Shown one piece after another: positions 27,525 to 37,239 of a DNA stretch of 64,000 bases. Each line of letters starts with the position of its first letter. The first letter of the stretch is position 1. The stretch is taken from positions 63,932-127,931 of the forward strand of contig CAZUPP010000009.1 of the NCBI GenBank assembly GCA_964622095.1. The letters run 5' to 3'. The notes beneath the pieces are model-generated. The model was not told the origin of the DNA. It worked only from the letters and a program-made list of their open reading frames with translations, and did no database searches. A program made the translations under genes and the position numbers. This DNA is from an uncultured Verrucomicrobiales bacterium. Its GTDB lineage: Bacteria > Verrucomicrobiota > Verrucomicrobiia > Verrucomicrobiales > CAZUPP01.

Positions 27525-28826
27525 TCACTCTTCCGCGACCAGAAAAGGAAAGGTCGCCGTGGCGGCTTTGCCCTCTGCGTTGGTGACCTTTAAATAGAGC
27601 CGGTAACTGTCCGGAGTTTCGGGGGCAATGATTCTCTTTTCTGGCACCCGGTTGATCCAGCCCTTAAGCACTTCAGCGGATTTGTTTTCAAAGGTAAGTC
27701 CGCTCTTGGTCTTCATCGAGCGGTCCGTTGCGATTGACCAATGATAGATCCAATCCTCCTGAGGTTCGGTTTCAAATTGGGCACGGGCCACGATTGGGGT
27801 TCCGGGCGCGATCTCCTCCTCGGCCGCATCGGAAGCAACCGCCAAAAGGGGAGGGGCAGGCATATCCACCTTTTTACCCGTCCACAGTTCGGAAAGAACG
27901 GCGGCGGCATGGGTGGGCTCACCCTTGTCTGTATGCGTGCCGAAATAGGTGAAAGTAGACTCTTCTTTATCTCCCCAGATAAAGGCAAAAGACCCCAAAC
28001 AATGTGGTTGATCCTGAATGCCTTTTTCCCAACCGCGTCGAAAATAATCGGCCTTGGTGTAACTGGACTCTTCGATAATCGCGCCCCATTCCGTTCGTGG
28101 AGCTTCCCACCAGCCGCGATAGCCATATTCCGTGACCAGATAGGGCTTCGGGTAATTTCGCTCTTTCAGCTTACCGGGCAGCGCAGGGAGAGGGGCGTAT
28201 GTATTGACGCCAAAAATATCGATGTCTGGACAATGCTGTTCAACGGCGTTCAGCTTCCAATCATCGTGGCCTGCGAGAACGACCACGGTGGGATGGAGCG
28301 GATCGATCTTTTTGACCTCAGCGGCGAGATCATTGATCGCTTGCCAGACAGCAGCCGGGTTGTCTTGGCCGAGACCAATCTCGATTTCGTTACCGATGCC
28401 CCAAAGCAACAGGGCGGGATGGTCTTTCCGCATCGCGACCAGATCCAGCAGCTCTTCTTTTTGCACGGCGACAGCCTTAGGGTCGGTATAATCCATGTGC
28501 CGGACGGTTTTCATTTCCAGGCCCAGCATGACTTTAAGGCCAAGGGAATGGGCTTCATCCAGAAACTCCGTGACACTAAACCAATCCGCGTCCGCAGTAT
28601 TCCAGACGCGGACCGCGTTGGCGCCAGCTTCCTTTAATTCGGGAAGGAGTGTATATCCCCCGGCTCCGCGGACCGTGAAGGGTTCACCGTCGACAAGGAG
28701 GGTCCAGCCATCCTCAGGATTTCCATTGATTTTCACGGTGACTGGTTCGGCTCGGACGGTTGGTTGTTCACAAAACAGTGCCGCTAGAAAAGTGAATAGA
28801 ACAGGCAGAATACATCTCAGGTTCAT
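27525..28826 (-). CDS. secreted clan GH-A (TIM-barrel, GH2/GH5-like) glycoside hydrolase
   Basis: Signal peptide MNLRCILPVLFTFLAALFC. LLWGIGNE is a candidate acid/base NE and YLVTEYG a candidate nucleophile E. A C-terminal beta-sandwich-like region follows. Confidence 0.7.
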   Translation of the reverse strand: MNLRCILPVLFTFLAALFCEQPTVRAEPVTVKINGNPEDGWTLLVDGEPFTVRGAGGYTLLPELKEAGANAVRVWNTADADWFSVTEFLDEAHSLGLKVMLGLEMKTVRHMDYTDPKAVAVQKEELLDLVAMRKDHPALLLWGIGNEIEIGLGQDNPAAVWQAINDLAAEVKKIDPLHPTVVVLAGHDDWKLNAVEQHCPDIDIFGVNTYAPLPALPGKLKERNYPKPYLVTEYGYRGWWEAPRTEWGAIIEESSYTKADYFRRGWEKGIQDQPHCLGSFAFIWGDKEESTFTYFGTHTDKGEPTHAAAVLSELWTGKKVDMPAPPLLAVASDAAEEEIAPGTPIVARAQFETEPQEDWIYHWSIATDRSMKTKSGLTFENKSAEVLKGWINRVPEKRIIAPETPDSYRLYLKVTNAEGKAATATFPFLVAEE

Positions 28827-29449
28827 CGAATAAAATAACTCAAATTTTCAAGTTCCAGGGCGAGGTCGACGTTATTCACGACTACCCCGTCGGGAACGTG
28901 CAGGATAATCGGCGCGAAATTGAGGATGGCCTGAATCCCCGCATCGACAATCAAATTCGCTACTTCCTGCGAATATTTGGCCGGCACCGAAAGGATCGCC
29001 ATTTTGATGCTCTGCTCCTGAATGTAGTGAGCGCATTCCTCCATGGGAAGCAGCGGAACATCACTGCCCTGACTTTTGGCTGGCTCCGTATCAAGATCGA
29101 AGGCGGCAACGATTTCGAAGCCTTCCTTGTTGAATCCGCGGTAATTGAGCAGAGCGGTGCCGAGGTTTCCCGCGCCGATGAGGATGACCGGCTGCAGCCG
29201 GGTGGTCCCGAGGACCTCGGTGAGTCTACGTTCGAGCAGTTCAACGTCGTAGCCGAGCCCTCGCGTTCCGAGCGGTCCGAAATAGGCGAGGTCTTTGCGC
29301 AATTGGGTAGGCTTCACACCAACGGCAGCGGCGAGCGCTTCCGAGGACACGCGATCGACTCCGTTCTGGCGCAGACGCTCCAGATTACGATGATAAACGG
29401 AGAGACGATAGATTGCTTTGCGCGGGATAACGCCGTGATTTTGTCCCAT
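28823..29449 (-). CDS. rex: redox-sensing transcriptional repressor Rex
   Basis: IPRKAIYRLSVYHRNLERL...VSSEALAAAVGVKPTQLRKDLAYFG, plus the Rossmann motif ILIGAGNLGTALLNY. Confidence 0.88.
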   Translation of the reverse strand: MGQNHGVIPRKAIYRLSVYHRNLERLRQNGVDRVSSEALAAAVGVKPTQLRKDLAYFGPLGTRGLGYDVELLERRLTEVLGTTRLQPVILIGAGNLGTALLNYRGFNKEGFEIVAAFDLDTEPAKSQGSDVPLLPMEECAHYIQEQSIKMAILSVPAKYSQEVANLIVDAGIQAILNFAPIILHVPDGVVVNNVDLALELENLSYFIR

Positions 29450-29503
29450 GGCTTGTGAAAAGGAACGAAGTCCGGGACAAAGATAGGCTGGATGCCGGGC
29501 CGG

Positions 29504-30589
29504 TCAACCAGCCGTCGCCGCCAGGCCTTCATCCAGCCACTGAAGCAGTAACGTGATCGTTTCGGCCGACTCATCACCCATGTTAGAAATGCGGAAGGTC
29601 TCTCCTTTGATCTTACCGTAGCCGCCGTCGATGACGCAGTTCCGGTTCTCCCGCAGCCAGCCAATGAGCGCCGCAACGTCAATCCCACGATTGTTCTTCA
29701 CGCACGTCAGTGACTTGGAGCGGTAACCTTCCGGGGCGAAAAATTCAAAGCCCTGGCGGCGCACCCAGTCATGCACCAGACCGTTCGTCTCAGCGTGGCG
29801 GGCAAAGCGTGCCTCCAGTCCCTCTTCAAAGATCTGCTGAAGCTTGGCGCCCAGCCCGTAGATGAGGGAAATAGAAGGTGTGCTGGGCGTCATGTCTTTC
29901 TCGCCATTCTTCCGGAACTCCAGAAAATCAAAATAATACCCGCGGTCCGGCATGGTCTCAGCGCGGGCCATGGCTTTCTCACTCACCGAAAAAAGGGCGA
30001 GACCAGGCGGTAGAGCCAATGCCTTTTGGCTTCCGGTAAGCATCACATCGAAACCGAGCTCATCCATCGGCACGGGCAGTGTGGTAAACGAGGAAACCGT
30101 ATCGGTAACCCAGCAGACCTCCGGGTGCTTCTGCATGACCCGAGCGATATCCGCGACAGGATTGAGCACCCCGGTGGAGGTCTCATTATGGACCAGGGTG
30201 ACCGTATCAAAATCACCCGTGCTGAGGCGCTCATCGATCATTTCCGGCAGGATGGGATTCCCCCACTCCACCTGCAAGGCCTCCGCCTCTTTCCCGCACC
30301 GCGTGGAGACGTCAAACCATTTGTCAGAAAAAGCGCCGCACATGCAGTTGAGCACCTTTTTGTGGACGAGGTTACGGATACAGCCCTCCATGATCCCCCA
30401 TGCGGAAGAGGTGCTCAGGTAGACTGGCTGACTGGTTCCGAAAAGGGTGCGGAGACGCGGCTGAATCTCTGCGTAAAGCGCCTGGAAGTCCTTGCTGCGG
30501 TGGCCGATCATCGGCGCGGACATCGCTTCGTAGACGCGGGGATGGACCTCGACCGGGCCCGGAATGAAGAGTTTGACGTGTTTATCCAT
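29504..30589 (-). CDS. class V aminotransferase (alanine-glyoxylate / serine-pyruvate type)
   Basis: Start taken at ATG 30589 (MDKHVKLFIPGPVEVHP). LVHNETSTG and TGSQKALALPPG (PLP Lys) are present. Confidence 0.85.
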   Translation of the reverse strand: MDKHVKLFIPGPVEVHPRVYEAMSAPMIGHRSKDFQALYAEIQPRLRTLFGTSQPVYLSTSSAWGIMEGCIRNLVHKKVLNCMCGAFSDKWFDVSTRCGKEAEALQVEWGNPILPEMIDERLSTGDFDTVTLVHNETSTGVLNPVADIARVMQKHPEVCWVTDTVSSFTTLPVPMDELGFDVMLTGSQKALALPPGLALFSVSEKAMARAETMPDRGYYFDFLEFRKNGEKDMTPSTPSISLIYGLGAKLQQIFEEGLEARFARHAETNGLVHDWVRRQGFEFFAPEGYRSKSLTCVKNNRGIDVAALIGWLRENRNCVIDGGYGKIKGETFRISNMGDESAETITLLLQWLDEGLAATAG

Positions 30590-30688
30590 GGAAAACGGGG
30601 TGCAAGTGCGGACGAAAGGCGGCCCAAGGGGCCTCAACCAAGCCAACGGATGGCTCGTCACGCAAGGACGCTTTTACGGCCGGGGAAC

Positions 30689-31477
30689 TTACGGCGTCGG
30701 GTCACCCGTCCCATTGTCTCCCCCATCCCCATTGCCGTTGCCATCCCCATTTCCGTCGCCGTTATCCGGAGGTGCGCCTTCCGCAAACTCGTCGGCATTC
30801 AGAAAACCGTCCTGCTCAAGCTCGGTGATAATGATGTCGGCGGCTTCACCTACGGAGATCTGAAATTCCGTGTCGTTGATTTCCCGGGTGCGTCCTCGGT
30901 CAAAGCGCATCTCCATTTCGACCATTCCGGCGAAACCGGGCAGAATTTCGATCGCTTCATCGGTGATTAACCCGTCATCGTTTCGGTCAACTTCAACTTC
31001 CGGCCCGGAGGACAGCGCCATGCCTTTGAGCCTTTCGACGACATTTGTGCCGAGCCCGCCCCCGATTCGAACGAAGTCACCCAGTTCCCCAAAGGCCTGC
31101 CAGGTCGTGGTATCTTCATTTACCTGCGCACCAGAAATGCGATACACCCCGTAGGTTTCGCCGTCGCCGGTATCTTCTATAAAGAACAGCTCGCCGACAT
31201 TCCGTTCCAGATAAAATCGCCGTAAAGAGCGGGCAAATCCTGTGCCGCTGACGAAATCATGAAACGTAAGGACGACTGCGGCCGGAGCGTTGGCACCGCC
31301 CGGCGCCTGGATGATGGCAAAGCCACCATCAAAGAATTCGAAGTTCACCCGGTCACCCTCCTCTTCAAACTCAAAGCGGTAAATGAGCACTTGGGCCTTG
31401 ACCGTGTGGGTGGCAAAGAGGGCGAGGAAGACGAGGCCGAGACAGAGCAGCGGACGGGTGAAATGGGCGCTTGGCAT
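30689..31477 (-). CDS. secreted hypothetical protein (262 aa) with one EF-hand/dockerin-like loop and a GDGNG-repeat tail
   Basis: Signal peptide LLCLGLVFLALFATHTVKAQ. It contains a DRNDDGLITDEA loop and the C-terminal tail PPDNGDGNGDGNGNGDGGDNGTGDPTP. Confidence 0.6.
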   Translation of the reverse strand: MPSAHFTRPLLCLGLVFLALFATHTVKAQVLIYRFEFEEEGDRVNFEFFDGGFAIIQAPGGANAPAAVVLTFHDFVSGTGFARSLRRFYLERNVGELFFIEDTGDGETYGVYRISGAQVNEDTTTWQAFGELGDFVRIGGGLGTNVVERLKGMALSSGPEVEVDRNDDGLITDEAIEILPGFAGMVEMEMRFDRGRTREINDTEFQISVGEAADIIITELEQDGFLNADEFAEGAPPDNGDGNGDGNGNGDGGDNGTGDPTP

Positions 31478-31584
31478 ATGAGCTCAGTGTAGCGTGCGAA
31501 GGGAAAATGTCCATGCGGATGTGTTGAAGCGTGCCGGTACAAAAACTCTCGCGTTTCGGGCGGGGACAAGCCAAATTCGCCAGC

Positions 31585-32184
31585 ATGGAACGAAGCAGCA
31601 GCAGCACGGGCACCGTGAGCACCAGTGGCCTGGGAAGCCCATCCGGAGGAGCGGAAGAGAAGACCAAAGCGCCAAAGGCGGGAGGTCCAACGGCTGCGGA
31701 GGAGACTTCTAAGCGACAGGAAGAGATTCACCGCAAGCTGGCCAGCACTCTTTTCAACCTCACGTGGGAGCTGATGGAAAAAGAGGGCCGCACGGCGGAT
31801 GAAGACCTAGAGATGGTGCACACGGCACATGCCTCACGCTGTCATTGGTCCGTCGTGGGCGGTCCTCAGGAATGGGCCATTGGTGAGTGGCAGATCTCCC
31901 GAGTGTATTCTCTGCTCAACCGCCAGGAACCAGCGATTTATCATGCTCGCTGTTGCCTGAAGCTATGTCTGGATAATGAGGTGGAACCATTCTGCACGGC
32001 TTATTCCTATGAAGCGCTGGCTCGCGCCTACAGCTTGAATGGAGATGTCCGGACGGAGGAAAACCTGAATATGGCCCGCCAGCACGCCGAGGAAATTAAA
32101 GACGAAACCACGCAGGCCAAGCTGCTGCAGGATCTCGATACGATCGAATCGAGCATGGAAAAGGAGCGCGAAGAGGAAGATTAA
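31585..32184 (+). CDS. hypothetical protein, helical-repeat-like
   Basis: The ORF opens at GTG 31531; the first ATG is at 31585. After a Ser/Gly-rich N-terminus comes NLTWELMEKEGRTADEDLEMVHTAHASRCHWSVVG...EWQISRVYSLL. I recall this pattern as a widespread uncharacterised family but cannot name it. Confidence 0.5.
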   Translation: MERSSSSTGTVSTSGLGSPSGGAEEKTKAPKAGGPTAAEETSKRQEEIHRKLASTLFNLTWELMEKEGRTADEDLEMVHTAHASRCHWSVVGGPQEWAIGEWQISRVYSLLNRQEPAIYHARCCLKLCLDNEVEPFCTAYSYEALARAYSLNGDVRTEENLNMARQHAEEIKDETTQAKLLQDLDTIESSMEKEREEED

Positions 32185-32199
32185 TCTGAATCCCATTCC

Positions 32200-32520
32200 T
32201 CAATGCCGGCATCGCGCCGGGAGAAATAAGAGGAAGCTCTGCGCGACCAGCCAACTGATGAGATAAAAGAAGAGCGCTTCCTCAATCGGAATCGGACCGA
32301 GGTGCAGACCAAGAATCTGCTTTTCATCGAAGTGCCAGATACCCTCGACCACCGCGACACAATCGGCCAGAGAAAGGTAGGTTCCGATGATCAGGGTGGG
32401 AAAGATAATTGAGCGCCAATTCCGCAAAAAAATGCCCCAGCCAATCACCCATTGCAGGGCGATGATCGGCATGACCCACACCGTAAGGTGCAAAAAATAA
32501 TGCCAGGGTGAGTCACTCAT
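32200..32520 (-). CDS. lycopene cyclase domain protein (small subunit of a CrtYc/CrtYd-type heterodimeric cyclase)
   Basis: 106 aa, polytopic, with the GPIPIEEALFF (PxEE) motif. It overlaps the upstream partner by 8 nt. Confidence 0.7.
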   Translation of the reverse strand: MSDSPWHYFLHLTVWVMPIIALQWVIGWGIFLRNWRSIIFPTLIIGTYLSLADCVAVVEGIWHFDEKQILGLHLGPIPIEEALFFYLISWLVAQSFLLFLPARCRH

Positions 32521-32848
32521 TTTCTTTTTCGCCTGGTTTTGGCAGAAAAAATACCGCAGTTAAGCAGACCATGACGCTCATCAGGATAAAGAAGGCGTAT
32601 TCTTCCGCGGGCAACCGGAATTCTTTCCCGAAAGCAGAGATTTCAACCGCCGTCACGCGCTCCCAGTCAAATCCCCAGATGCCACGGTAGACGGCCCAGT
32701 TATCCCAGGGAGTGGTGGCGAGAAAGGCGATCACGCAGACGAGAAGGATCGACCAGAGATGGGCGGGGCGGAATCTTTTCCGAACCAGAAACGCCATCAG
32801 CAGAATGGCAGGGATGGTAAAGATAAGGTGGAATTGCAGATAGGTCAT
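32513..32848 (-). CDS. lycopene cyclase domain protein (partner subunit)
   Basis: ATG 32848 gives MTYLQFHLIFTIPAILL...TTPWDNWAVYRGIWGFD...LPAEEYAFF (PxEE motif). The track start at 32869 is a TTG. Confidence 0.7.
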   Translation of the reverse strand: MTYLQFHLIFTIPAILLMAFLVRKRFRPAHLWSILLVCVIAFLATTPWDNWAVYRGIWGFDWERVTAVEISAFGKEFRLPAEEYAFFILMSVMVCLTAVFFLPKPGEKENE

Positions 32849-32922
32849 GTCATAAGGCCCGAATGGCAATTTGCGCTATCATTTGCCAAACGAAAAAAAT
32901 TCAGGCCCGGATGAAAAAACCG

Positions 32923-33810
32923 TCAGCCATCGTCCTCTCCTTCTTCCGGAGAAAGTTCGAGGCTTTGCTGACTTTCATCGATTTCTTCCTGGGTCGCCGG
33001 TCTCAAGAACTCGGGGCTGACCGTAAATTTCTTTTCCTCGTAAGCCACTTCCCATCGATCCATCTCGGAATCGTTGACCACCGTTACCAGAGAGCCTTTG
33101 ACGACCCGGACTGAATCAAAGCGGTTATCGTCATACTCCAGCGCGAGGGTTTCTGTGAGGACAAAGTATTCGTCCTCCTCCCTCCGGCCCGTTCCATCCG
33201 TGCTTACTTCCCGACTGGTGTAGCTGCGTCTGGTTGTCTCCGGCATGTCAAAACGGCTGGCCGGAGTCGCTTCCACGACTCTTTCGCTTTCACGCTGATT
33301 CCTCAGATTCTCCTGCCGGAGGCGTTCCATATTCATCGAGAACTGAACCAGCAGGAGAATGACTCCGGTGAGAACGAGCAGGAGCACAACGGCCTTCCAG
33401 TTCAGGATCATCCGGATGACCCAAAGCTTGCTCGGGCGCTGACCGGTATGGAGCCGGTCGGGTTTCCGTTTGTCGCGGTATCGTTGCAGGTCCACCTTGG
33501 GCGCTTCGGACTGCAGGGTAGCCAGTTCGCGGCTTTCCTCGGCCGGGCGGGCGACGGAGCTTTCCGGCTCGTTAAGCAAGGCGGCGAGAAGGGAAGCATT
33601 AGCGCCCTGCTGAAACATCGATTCGACCTCAGAAAACTCCGAATAATCGGTGACGACTTTCCAGTCGTCGTTCCCATCTTCAATGACCCAGACATCCCGG
33701 TCGATGACTTCCTTGGTGAGCAATTCACGCAGTTTGATCTGGCTGAAGGGCCCCACCGGGGTCTCGCCATCTTCACAGTAATAGTAGCGGGGTTCTGTCT
33801 CGGATGACAT
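32923..33810 (-). CDS. GYF_2 (DUF4339) domain membrane protein
   Basis: N-terminal YYYCEDGETPVGPFSQIKLRELLTKEVIDRDVWVIEDGNDDWKVV is a GYF_2 domain. A central TM helix (WKAVVLLLVLTGVILLLVQF) and an acidic C-terminus follow. Confidence 0.65.
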   Translation of the reverse strand: MSSETEPRYYYCEDGETPVGPFSQIKLRELLTKEVIDRDVWVIEDGNDDWKVVTDYSEFSEVESMFQQGANASLLAALLNEPESSVARPAEESRELATLQSEAPKVDLQRYRDKRKPDRLHTGQRPSKLWVIRMILNWKAVVLLLVLTGVILLLVQFSMNMERLRQENLRNQRESERVVEATPASRFDMPETTRRSYTSREVSTDGTGRREEDEYFVLTETLALEYDDNRFDSVRVVKGSLVTVVNDSEMDRWEVAYEEKKFTVSPEFLRPATQEEIDESQQSLELSPEEGEDDG

Positions 33811-33918
33811 GGCCGGAAAAGGGCGCGCAGGACCACTGGTTAAGAGAAGCTGTCCCGGCGCAAGTTTTGGTAGCGCAGGGCCGGTCAGGGGACAAGTCTT
33901 AAGCCATCGGAGAGAGGC

Positions 33919-36900
33919 TTACTCGCTCAGCAAATCCTCGATTTCCTGCATGCTGAGGCCGCTCATCATCGGTGCGGCCTCACCGTCCACCACAGCTTTG
34001 ATCTGCTCACGCTTGCGGGCCTGAAGGGACGCGATCTTTTCCTCCACGGTCTCGCGGGTTATGAAGCGATAGACGTTGACCGTCCGGCGCTGCCCCATGC
34101 GGTGTGCACGGTCGGTCGCCTGAGCTTCGACGGCCGGGTTCCACCAGGGATCAAAGAGAACGACCATGTCGGCCGCGGTCAGGTTAAGGCCAACCCCGCC
34201 GGCCTTGAGGCTGAGCAGAAAAACCGGGACATCATCCTGAGTCTGAAAGCGCTTAATCTGGGCTGGGCGGTCACGGGTCTGACCGTCAAGGTAGGCAAAG
34301 TTAATGCCCTGCTCTCGCAGATCGTCCGCCAGGAGGCGGAGCATTTTGCTGAACTGACTGAAGACGAGCACCTTGTGCCCGCCAGGGATGGCTTCTTCGA
34401 GAAGATCTCGCAACATGCTTACTTTAGCCGCTGTCGTGGTGTCCGATCTCTTGGCTGGTGTTTGATCATCCGGTTCAGGAAGCACCAGCCGGGGATCATC
34501 GCAAATCTGCCGCAGACGCAGGAGAGCGGTCAGCATGATCATCCGCTTGCGGCCATCGTTCTTTTCGCTGCTGGCCTCATCCACCTTCTTGCGGCTTTCC
34601 CGAACCATCGTTGCATAAAGCTCACGCTGTTCGGGCACCAACTCGCAATGAAGGACCTGTTCGATCTTCTCTGGCAGCTCAGTGAGAACCTCTTCTTTGC
34701 GGCGGCGCAGCATGAAGGGCCGCATGCGTTTCGAGAGCCGTTCACGGATCATGACCGCGGTTGATTCGCTGATACTCCCTTGGCTGAGGGGCTGTTCATA
34801 GCGCTGCCTGAAATCATCACGGCGTCCGAGATAACCCGGCATAAGAAAATTCATGATGCTCCAGAGATCACGCACACTGTTCTCCATGGGCGTGCCAGTG
34901 AGCGCGAAGCGATGGGTGCCCTCCAGAGAGAAAACCGCCTTGGCCAGTTGAGTGTCCGGATTACGGATATTCTGTGCTTCATCAATGACGATGCATTGAA
35001 ATGAGACCTCTTTGTGCTGCTTCACATCCCGGCGGAGCAGAGCAAAGCTTGTGATAATCAGATCTGCGTCTTCCATCGCACCAAGCTTCCCGGAGCGCTT
35101 ATTTCCTTCGATGACCAACACTTTCAGATCTGGTGTGAAACGCGCGGCCTCTTCCGCCCAGTTCGTGACGAGTGAACTTGGACAGATGACCAGAGACGGC
35201 CGCTTTTCGTTCTCCGAGGCTTCTCGATGGACGCGGTCAATAAACGCGAGCGCCTGAAGGGTTTTCCCGAGACCCATATCATCAGCAAGAATCCCGGCGA
35301 ATCCGTTGCGCGAAAGAAAATCCATCCAGGAAACGCCCAGACGCTGGTAATCGCGGAGGGTCTGATTCAGGGCCCCAAGATCGACCAGCTCAAGTTCGCG
35401 CGGTCCTTCGGCGGTCCGGGAAAGAGTGCGCCATTCCGCCGGACTCATTCCTTTCACCTGGAGGTCATCTTCGGGAAGAACCTGACTGAGGAAGGCAGCC
35501 TGGCTGCGCTCGATCCGAAAAGAGCCGCCGCCGGCCGAGTCCGGGTTTAGGTCACGGAGCACTTCGTGAAAGTCCTCTATGCGCTCCGGGTCGAAAACGG
35601 CAAGGCGCCCGTCGCCAAGCTGAGTCGAGTTTTGCCCGACCTGAAGCATGCGAAGGATCTGCTCACGCCGGAAGGTCGTGCCACCTTCGGAGGCCATCTG
35701 ATAATCCAGCTCCAGCCAATTCTCGCCGCTGCCTCTTCGCTCCCCTTTCGCCCGGTCATCTCCGAAGGGATCGCGAATCTGGAACTCCGGCCGGATAACT
35801 TCGACCTTCTCCGTGACCCGGCCAAATCGTGAACCAATCTTTACCGTCCAGTCATCTTTAAGCTTTTCTAAAGCGCCGGCGAAGAATGCGAGGATTTCTT
35901 TCTGACCTTTGAGAGCCCAAGCGCGCCGGGTCCGGTCATAGGAGAATCCACAGCCCTGAAGCCGGCGGGTGGCCGCTGTTTCATAGTCACTGTTGCGCAG
36001 GAAAAGCCGTCGTGGATTATCAGGATCCACCAGGCTGAAAGTGTCCTGCCCTCCTGTTGATTTATCATCGCCATGGCGGACCTGGCGTCCCGGGTAATCG
36101 AAATCAATATGGGCCTCGAGGAAATTGAGGGAACCTTCAATCTCCAGCCTGACCTTGGGAATGGGCACGACGACCTCAAATGAATCATCCCCGGCCCCTT
36201 CGCCACGCTCGACTTGAAAGAACTCATAAAGCCGGGGCAATTCTGTCGCGAGAAATCGGATACCGGCTTCTTCCGGCAAGAAAACAGGAGCCCGCAGAAG
36301 GGACTGGTAGGCTGCGGGCAGACCGGGGGTGACCGGCTGAAGTTTTTTGCCCTCGACAAACAACCATGAGGCTTCTGAGCCCTGAAGCAGCTCCGCATCA
36401 TCCGGAAGCGTGGCCTTGACGTTGAAGCCGGATCCTTCCCCGCCTTCACCCGCACGAGTCACTTTAAGCAACGGAATGACGGGCTCGGGATCGATTTCTA
36501 CTGGCTGCCTGCGGCCCAGGGTGATTTCCGTGGCGGCCGTGCACGTCTCAAGCAGTTCAAGAAACTCATCTACAGACAGACTCAGGGCCGCCGCCCATTC
36601 ATAGCCGCCTTTCTCCCAGATAGACTCCAGCACCCGCACGTCATCCTCCATGCTGGCGTAAACGGCATCCGCCTGGAGCGCGCTCAGGGCCTGCAGTTTG
36701 CCATTTCCACAGACCTCGACCTGGGGCGTGACCATAATCTGCCCGCGCTTCCAGCTTTCGATAAAGTTCGGCGGCAGAATCAGGGTCAATCGGGCCTCCG
36801 GCAGCGCCGGAGAATCCTCATCCTCGAACAGCAGATCAGCTGGGCGAAACTGAGGACGCATTTCGCGTTGAGCCAACGCTTCCCGTGCCGAGGGCCGCGC

Positions 36901-37239
36901 TTCGTCTCTGACCGGTGAGCTGGCTGGCGCTCCTCCCGGCCCGCCGCCCCGGCCGATGTAGAGCGCGACTGCGACCGCGTGGCGGCAGATGATTCCGCGG
37001 TCCTGAGAATCCCGGCAGGGACAGAGGTTTTTGATGTCCAGGCGCGAGTCGATCTTCAGTCCGCTGCGCAGAACGCGGCTGCCTTCCTGGATTTCACCAC
37101 GGAGATAGGGCGGTTCCCACGAGGCTTTCAGAACGGAACCATTCTGATAGATGGCACGTCCGTCCCGGAAGACAGGCCAGCCGGCCATGTCCATAAGGCT
37201 ACGATCGTCAAATGAGATGGTCGCTCCCTTGGCAGACAT
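33919..37239 (-). CDS. SNF2-family helicase with N-terminal SWIM zinc finger
   Basis: 1106 aa. The SWIM finger is CPCRDSQDRGIICRHAVAV. Helicase motifs are ILADDMGLGKT (I), IVIDEAQNIRN (II), LTGTPMEN (III) and the C-terminal QATDRAHRMGQ (VI). Confidence 0.9.
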   Translation of the reverse strand: MSAKGATISFDDRSLMDMAGWPVFRDGRAIYQNGSVLKASWEPPYLRGEIQEGSRVLRSGLKIDSRLDIKNLCPCRDSQDRGIICRHAVAVALYIGRGGGPGGAPASSPVRDEARPSAREALAQREMRPQFRPADLLFEDEDSPALPEARLTLILPPNFIESWKRGQIMVTPQVEVCGNGKLQALSALQADAVYASMEDDVRVLESIWEKGGYEWAAALSLSVDEFLELLETCTAATEITLGRRQPVEIDPEPVIPLLKVTRAGEGGEGSGFNVKATLPDDAELLQGSEASWLFVEGKKLQPVTPGLPAAYQSLLRAPVFLPEEAGIRFLATELPRLYEFFQVERGEGAGDDSFEVVVPIPKVRLEIEGSLNFLEAHIDFDYPGRQVRHGDDKSTGGQDTFSLVDPDNPRRLFLRNSDYETAATRRLQGCGFSYDRTRRAWALKGQKEILAFFAGALEKLKDDWTVKIGSRFGRVTEKVEVIRPEFQIRDPFGDDRAKGERRGSGENWLELDYQMASEGGTTFRREQILRMLQVGQNSTQLGDGRLAVFDPERIEDFHEVLRDLNPDSAGGGSFRIERSQAAFLSQVLPEDDLQVKGMSPAEWRTLSRTAEGPRELELVDLGALNQTLRDYQRLGVSWMDFLSRNGFAGILADDMGLGKTLQALAFIDRVHREASENEKRPSLVICPSSLVTNWAEEAARFTPDLKVLVIEGNKRSGKLGAMEDADLIITSFALLRRDVKQHKEVSFQCIVIDEAQNIRNPDTQLAKAVFSLEGTHRFALTGTPMENSVRDLWSIMNFLMPGYLGRRDDFRQRYEQPLSQGSISESTAVMIRERLSKRMRPFMLRRRKEEVLTELPEKIEQVLHCELVPEQRELYATMVRESRKKVDEASSEKNDGRKRMIMLTALLRLRQICDDPRLVLPEPDDQTPAKRSDTTTAAKVSMLRDLLEEAIPGGHKVLVFSQFSKMLRLLADDLREQGINFAYLDGQTRDRPAQIKRFQTQDDVPVFLLSLKAGGVGLNLTAADMVVLFDPWWNPAVEAQATDRAHRMGQRRTVNVYRFITRETVEEKIASLQARKREQIKAVVDGEAAPMMSGLSMQEIEDLLSE

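Noticed and set aside
29453-29459. A TTGTGAA Rex half-site immediately upstream of the rex start codon.
   Set aside because: The partner half (TTCACAA after 6 nt) is absent, so this is not a full Rex operator. It is mentioned only as context.
29467-29478. The string GAAGTCCGGGAC, resembling the conserved GAAAGUCCGGGC of RNase P RNA.
   Set aside because: It lies in a 54-nt gap between two protein genes, with no room for an RNA of about 350-400 nt and no other conserved RNase P elements.
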